From NCBI GenBank assembly GCA_963693365.1, contig CAVNZM010000002.1, positions 2,806,259-2,870,258 on the forward strand: a stretch of DNA of 64,000 nucleotides, given 5' to 3'. The notes beneath the pieces are model-generated. The model was not told the DNA's origin and did not search any database. It saw nothing but the letters and a program-made list of their open reading frames with translations. The position numbers and the translations under genes are program-made. Below are positions 58,573-64,000 of the stretch, piece after piece; within the stretch, counting starts at the first letter, position 1; each line of letters begins with the position of its first letter. The stretch is from Amoebidium appalachense (taxonomy: Eukaryota > Protista > Ichthyosporea).

Positions 58573-58651
58573 TGACCCTATTTGTATCTCTTCTAATAAA
58601 ACTTGAACCTAAAACCCTTTGTTCAACAGACGAATGAGCAGGGAATACATC

Positions 58652-58806
58652 CAATACCATATAATCGCTTCCTAATACCGTTCCTACTCCTCCAAATTCT
58701 ATATGAATTAATACTGAGAAAGTTGTTCCTAATAATCCTCCAAAGGCACCTGCTATAATATACATCATTCCTATATCTTTATGATTTATCGAAAATAATT
58801 ATCTTT
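58652..58806 (-). pseudogene. cox1: cox1 N-terminal fragment (NUMT)
   Basis: R*LFSINHKDIGMMYIIAGAFGGLLGTTFSVLIHIEF matches the conserved COX1 start RWLFSTNHKDIG..LIR.EL. Confidence 0.92.
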
Positions 58807-58913
58807 ATAGCAGTAGAGGACACATATGGCACCCGCAAGGGAGGGGGGCGGGCGGTATCTGATTGGGTAAAAGGGGGGTCAGCGCGTGTTTACGATTGGG
58901 AGGGAGCGCACTG

Positions 58914-59059
58914 GTGCGTTTTAAGGATAGACCATTCGCCTAATATCATGCTTTTTTATTGCCGTGGGCGAAACAAAAAAGTACTGCAAAACTTTTTTGT
59001 TTCGCCCACGGCAATAAAAAAGCATGATATTAGGCGAATGGTCTATCCTTAAAACGCAC
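58914..59059. repeat. Perfect inverted repeat, 69-bp arms, 8-bp spacer
   Basis: 58914-58982 is the exact reverse complement of 58991-59059; spacer ACTGCAAA. Confidence 0.95.
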
Positions 59060-59681
59060 ACATTTTATAAATTGTGTGGAGAATGCTGATTGGATGATCT
59101 AAAACGCCCATATGGGGTGCTGATACTCAGGCAATGGACAATTTAAAAAAACCAGACGCCGAGTCCGGATGCAAATGCCATGCCACGTCACGGTTTGAAG
59201 CACAACCGTCATGGTGGCAAAGCAAAATAGCTAGCCATATACATGTTTTTACGTAATCTATTTCATGGAGCTTCTGTTCACTATGATAGATCAAAATGGA
59301 CATGTATTTGCTGGTAATGCCATCAACGTTACAAAACATTAGCGAATACGAAGACAGAGATTTATCGGCGATTCGAAGCACCAATCCAAAACTCGCTTTC
59401 TTAGACTTTTTCAGTGGTGTTTTCGGTTTTGCAGTACAGGACACATAGTACAGGACACATATATTCATGATGCCATCTTTGTTCTTTCCTAAGAGTCTTA
59501 GCTTGAATAGTTACTTTAGTTACATAATTTATGTAATTCATCTTTATTCTTTCCTAATATTGATTAATTATACTCTTTAACACTGTTATTCTCATCTTTT
59601 CTATTTCCTATTATTGAGTAATTTAATTCTATTCCTAACCCTAATCTAGCAAGGTATTGAGCTATATCAACGATTGGAATG

Positions 59682-59754
59682 ATGAAAATGAAGAATTCGA
59701 ACCTTCGGTTGTTATTACCAAAAAGTAGTGCCTTACCAACTTGGCTAATTCTCA
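59682..59754 (-). pseudogene. trnQ: Mitochondrial tRNA-Gln(UUG) pseudogene
   Basis: TAGCCAAGTTGGTAAGGC D-arm, TTTTGGT anticodon loop, GAAGGTTCGAATTCTTC T-arm. Confidence 0.8.
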
Positions 59755-59758
59755 AAGT

Positions 59759-59830
59759 ACTCATCCAAGAGCTTAAACCTAGAACCTCAGAATTTTCAAT
59801 CCTACTCTCAACCAATTGAGCTACAGAAAT
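59759..59830 (-). pseudogene. trnF: Mitochondrial tRNA-Phe(GAA) pseudogene
   Basis: TAGCTCAATTGGTTGAGAG D-arm, AGGA-TTGAAAA-TTCT anticodon arm; damaged T-arm and acceptor stem. Confidence 0.62.
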
Positions 59831-59990
59831 AATGTGAATCTCTAAGAGACTCTAGTATGAACTTGTACTATTTTATAGTTGTATTGAAACCAAAAGAAGA
59901 GGGGGGAACCTAATGATGTTCTTATGGGTATCTAGTCTCTGGTCTTTTGTAGGATAGATGCTGTTTAAGCTACAGTTGGAAAACTATCCA

Positions 59991-60074
59991 TATTTCTAAT
60001 GAGGCTCGAACTCACATCTCCAAAGAAGGACGATCTTTAAAATCATTCCGTATAACCAATTTTGCCACAGAGAT
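59991..60074 (-). pseudogene. trnL: Mitochondrial tRNA-Leu(UAA) pseudogene
   Basis: TGGCAAAATTGGTTATACG D-arm, TTTAAAG loop, long variable arm, GTGAGTTCGAGCCTCA T-arm. Confidence 0.7.
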
Positions 60075-60402
60075 GAGTAGAGGCACGAAGTCTCATTAGA
60101 TTTTTAAAAGCATAGCGGGAGTTATGAGCTACGTTAATAGTTCCGTACTACTAAGCTAAAATCGTTAATAATCCCAACCTCGATCGAATAAATTTGGTAA
60201 GGATTCGAGGATTTCAGAGCCGCGCTGTGGGCATCTCACTTCCTCGATTAAATTATCCTCAAGTATAGGCCCAACTTAATCCTCGAGGATGGGCCCACAT
60301 GCCCTGGTATAGAAGCGGGCATGCACACGTGACTTCAAGTCGCAACTTCACGAGGCTGCGTTCGTACCCTACCTGGTGTGTGTGCACACTGTGTGCACGT
60401 GT

Positions 60403-60440
<38 letters not shown>

Positions 60441-60954
60441 ATGCATGTGTTTCTCTCAGAGTCTTTCTCGGGCTAGCTCCCAATGGGTACGTACGCTACA
60501 CTGTAAAAAGTTGTCACCTAAAGGCTCAAGTCGCGACTTCAAGTCAGAACGAATCACGAGCCACTCTTCAATCTAGCCAATTATAATCAGAAGTCAAGTC
60601 GGCATAACTTGACATAGTTGAAGTCACAATCACTGTGACTTCAAGTCGCAACTTTACAACTCTGCGCTCGCCGCCGAGGGGCTCGCATTTTGATAATGGT
60701 ACAGGTCGCCCCAGCGCACGCTCAATACGATTCAGAGTTAGATTGGACCAAAAGCTGTAATGGAGCACCGCGCTATAATAGCTGTTACCCTATCCGAAGA
60801 CCCAAACTCTCGGTCACGTGACCTGACCTCTAAGTGACCGAGTTTGGGAAAAATAGAAAGCTAAAAATAGAAGACGGCCGTGAAAGGAGCGCGTTCATTT
60901 TCTTTTTTCTTTCCTTTTCTTTTATTTTTTTTTTTGTGTGTGTGTGTTTGTGTT

Positions 60955-60985
<31 letters not shown>

Positions 60986-61239
60986 GGTGGTGGTGGTGGG
61001 GGGAGGAGGGGGAGGGGGGGGGAGGGGGGGGGGGGGGCTGCTGGCATGAATTAGCTGCCTTCTCCTTCTGCCTTCTGGCAGGACTCCTGCAGAAAGCCAC
61101 GGAAAGCCACACACAGCAATATATTGTGCATGACTACAACTACAGACTGACGTTCCGTGAGAAGAACAGTATGGCAGGCAGCTAGTAGGGGGGCCGGGAA
61201 GATGAGAGAGGGGAGAGGCGGGGAGGGGGGGGGGGGGGG

Positions 61240-61274
<35 letters not shown>

Positions 61275-61376
61275 AAGAGTCTCAGAAAGAGAGAGAAAGA
61301 GGGAGAGGAGAAGGCTGAAAGGCAGACGGTGAGGATATAGAAGGGGGGGGGGGGGAAAGGGAGGGAGGGAGGGAGG

Positions 61377-61430
<54 letters not shown>

Positions 61431-61913
61431 AGATGGGACGCAGGGAGGAAGGCAGAACTTTGTGAGGGAGAGATGGAGAAACTTTAAAGCAGAAAGGCGA
61501 GGGTGAAGTTGTAGTTGCTTAAAGTTTGCCATCCGTCTTTGGGACTAGGAGTTGTTGGCTGGGTGGTAAACAGATGAGAGACAGTTAAACGAGAGAAATA
61601 TTTAAAGAGAGAGGGAGGGAGAACGCACCGGGAAGGACGAATCTCAAATGCTCGTGTGTAGCGCTTGTCTAGCATGTAGCTCAGACCTAAGCAGCGTAGT
61701 GCCTGGAAAAAGCTTTTCTACCTGCCATCGTACAGAAACTTGAGATGAATAAGGGTGCATGAGTAGAAAGGAACGGGCCGCCGGACGGCGTTACAACTTA
61801 ATTGATGTTGAAAACTAAAAGACAATGCTGAAGATGCAGCCCGTAACGCTAATGCACGCTTGTGCACAACACAAAAATCGCACGCCAACGGGATAAGCGG
61901 CTTCTGGCTCTGG

Positions 61914-62058
61914 CACGTACTGACGGTGCCTGGGCTGCTATGAACTTGCCGTTCGCCTGCGTCCATGCTTTCTCTCGTGGCGGCTCTACGGTCCCGAGAG
62001 TCCAGTGTTCGCTGTGTGTGTAAGGAAAAATACGAGTCGCCTCAGTAGGTGACAGTTT
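61914..62058 (+). repeat. Copy 2 of the 56158-56338 repeat
   Basis: Direct match with two internal deletions; terminal hairpin GTCGCCTCAGTAGGTGAC. Confidence 0.85.
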
Positions 62059-62593
62059 CAAGTGCAGGCCACCCTACTGAGGGAAGAAAAGGGCTGAAGG
62101 GACAGACCGTAACTGTAGAAGGACCAAGACACAAAACCTGATTTCAATTTGAAAGGGGGGCTTTTACAGTTAAAAATCAAATAGTTTTTAAAAAGATATG
62201 AACCATTTGAGTTTTCGGTATAAACTCTTACACTTGCACATTGGCAACAACCCCCCTGCAATTGCAAACATTAGATTGCGGTTATGGGCGGCAATCATGC
62301 GACCGTTGGTGTTAGGAAACACTTCGGTGCGGCTGCCGGGGCTGGCCTTTCCGGTTTCAAACGGTTTAGTTTTTTTCTTCCATAAGGCTCCAGGGTTCCT
62401 TGATATTTTTCGTTTTTTAGGTTTATTAAAAGAAGAAAGAAATTTCAAGTTATACGAGTTATTTTTCATTACTTTCCGGTTTTCTTCATCCCAGCTCTAG
62501 CAGTACAGATTCGGAACTCTTTGCTCGATTTCTTGTTTGAGCTACTTTCCAGCGAGCACAAGCGCACCATAATTGTAGAGAAAAGAAAAGAAA

Positions 62594-63868
62594 ATGCCGC
62601 GCACAGCAGCGTCTATTGTGTGGGAACACTTTACGGTTGAACAGCAACCAGACGGCAAGCAGACAGCAACATGCAATTTCTGCAAACGCGCACATGCCGT
62701 AAACGTGACACGCCTGCGCCAGCACTTGATTGATGACTGTCCCGACTGCCCAACTGAGACAAAGGAGGCACTACAGGATGATCCGGGCAAATACCAGAGG
62801 GCAAACCGGGTGGAGGTACGCATCCCAATTGTTTTTGTCAATCTATTTTGTTAACCTAATACTTTGTTGTGTTGCCGGAGTGTGTAAAATCTTTAGACAT
62901 CTACTTGGTGGATGGGTTTTACAGCCGCTTTATTGGCGTTTCTTGGGTGCTTGTCAAAAAGCTTATCAATCGGTCTAAGGTAAGCATTTGTTTAATGCGA
63001 TTTGGACTGGATGTTTGGAGCTGTGCAAATATTTTAGAGAGTTGTGCAAACGTCTGTTTTGCGAAATGTTTAGCTCCTGCTACACAGAACTCGTTAGCTC
63101 TTTTTCGTAAGGGGTCCCGGCTTACAAATTGTGTATGGCAGAAAATATACTAACAAGGAGTACCCCTGTCATATGCTGTTATCTGTAGCAACTTGACTTG
63201 GCAATGTGGTTTGCCTGTGTTGCCCCTAGTACCATCACCTCTTTCTTTCCCATGCTAGTTTTGGTGCACTGGCCTTGAAATACTTGTTTGACCAATCCCT
63301 CTTGTTTAAGCGTCTCTGTATATTTCTATGTTTGTGTTTTGTCGGGCCTAATATATCCACTACACATGAACTAATACGTGTTCAAAGGCAACTGTGGAGG
63401 TAACGACAGGATTCTTAGTCTTTGCTTTCTTACCTTTGCTTAAACCACTTCCAGTGTGTGCGGCCATGTGTCCCTATCTCCTTGTGTGTTTTCTTGTGTC
63501 GTCTTGCATGAACGAGGGAAGGGTGTGTATGTGTGTGTGTGGGGGGGGGGGGGGGGGGGAGGGGGGCGGGAGCGGGGGAGGGGGGGGGGGGTATTGGTGG
63601 TGCTTTTGAAAAGGGACGGGGGGGGTTGTGCTCATGCATGCTTAACGGCCTCCAGTAATGCACTTTACGTCCGTTCAAACACTATAGCCCACGGACCATG
63701 ACCTCACTAACATGTGCACACACACAGGGGGTGCCAACCATGACCCCACAGCTGCCGGAGCAGATCTCGCAGCCCCAGCAGATAATCCCCAACCAGGTGT
63801 TGGCCCCAGAATACAATGCCCCCGTCGTACAGCGGCCAAACCGCCTGCCGGATAAACTCTTCGGAAAG
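62594..63868 (+). CDS. BED zinc-finger protein, 3'-partial (spliced)
   Basis: Exon 1 62594-62815: SIVWEHF..ATCNFC..NVTRLRQHL..C (BED finger), donor GAG|GTACGC. Probable exon 2 63728-63868 (open, phase 0-0, P/Q-rich), donor AAG|GTAGCT. Confidence 0.72.
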
Positions 63869-64000
63869 GTAGCTACACCTGTTTTTCCCTTTTCGGTTTC
63901 TTTCTTTCTTCCCTTCCCTCCCCCCCCCCCCCCCCCAACACACACACACACACACAAATGCACGATTTTCATAACCATTCCCCCTCCCCCCCCCCCCCCT

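Larger units (their letters stand above)
58270..58808 (-). other. Nuclear mitochondrial insertion (NUMT) block 1
   Basis: AT-rich; degenerate tRNA-Leu, tRNA-Arg(UCU), tRNA-Val(UAC), a partial tRNA and a cox1 5' fragment, all on the minus strand. Confidence 0.88.
59480..60080 (-). other. NUMT block 2
   Basis: AT-rich; degenerate tRNA-Gln, tRNA-Phe and tRNA-Leu on the minus strand. Boundaries are approximate. Confidence 0.78.

Noticed and set aside
58308-60074. Functional tRNA genes or a true mitochondrial contig
   Set aside because: Stems and T-loops are mutated, cox1 is truncated with a stop, and the flanks are nuclear repeats.

Overview
Eukaryotic nuclear DNA. It is intron-rich and full of (CA)n/(TG)n, (GA)n and poly-C/poly-G tracts, so most long ORFs in the track are microsatellite artefacts. 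Splicing by hand gives six genes: (1) the 3' part of a CCaMK-like Ca2+/CaM kinase with visinin-type EF-hands and a split PH domain (+, <499-10017); (2) a SETD3/Rubisco-LSMT-type SET-domain protein with an N-terminal signal peptide and C-terminal KDEL (-, 20915-31810); (3) a SMAP-type ArfGAP (+, 32385-37187); (4) an ARM-repeat protein with a BC-box/SOCS-like and Cys-rich tail (+, 40831-46281); (5) KIN17 (-, 48379-56008, one homopolymer frameshift); (6) a BED-finger gene running off the right edge (+, from 62594). Mobile and foreign DNA includes a decayed pogo-like transposon with TIRs and TA TSD, a piggyBac-type MITE, a poly-C-associated family that looks like a Penelope-like retroelement, other dispersed repeats, and a decayed mosaic NUMT (tRNAs, cox1) interrupted by a perfect palindrome with 69-bp arms. 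The SMAP-like ArfGAP and full-cloverleaf mitochondrial tRNAs suggest a unicellular opisthokont/holozoan host (inference only). The most novel candidates are the putative ER-luminal SET protein, the CCaMK-like kinase, and the splice-site peculiarities ((CA)n directly abutting acceptors; 3 of 38 introns with GC donors).
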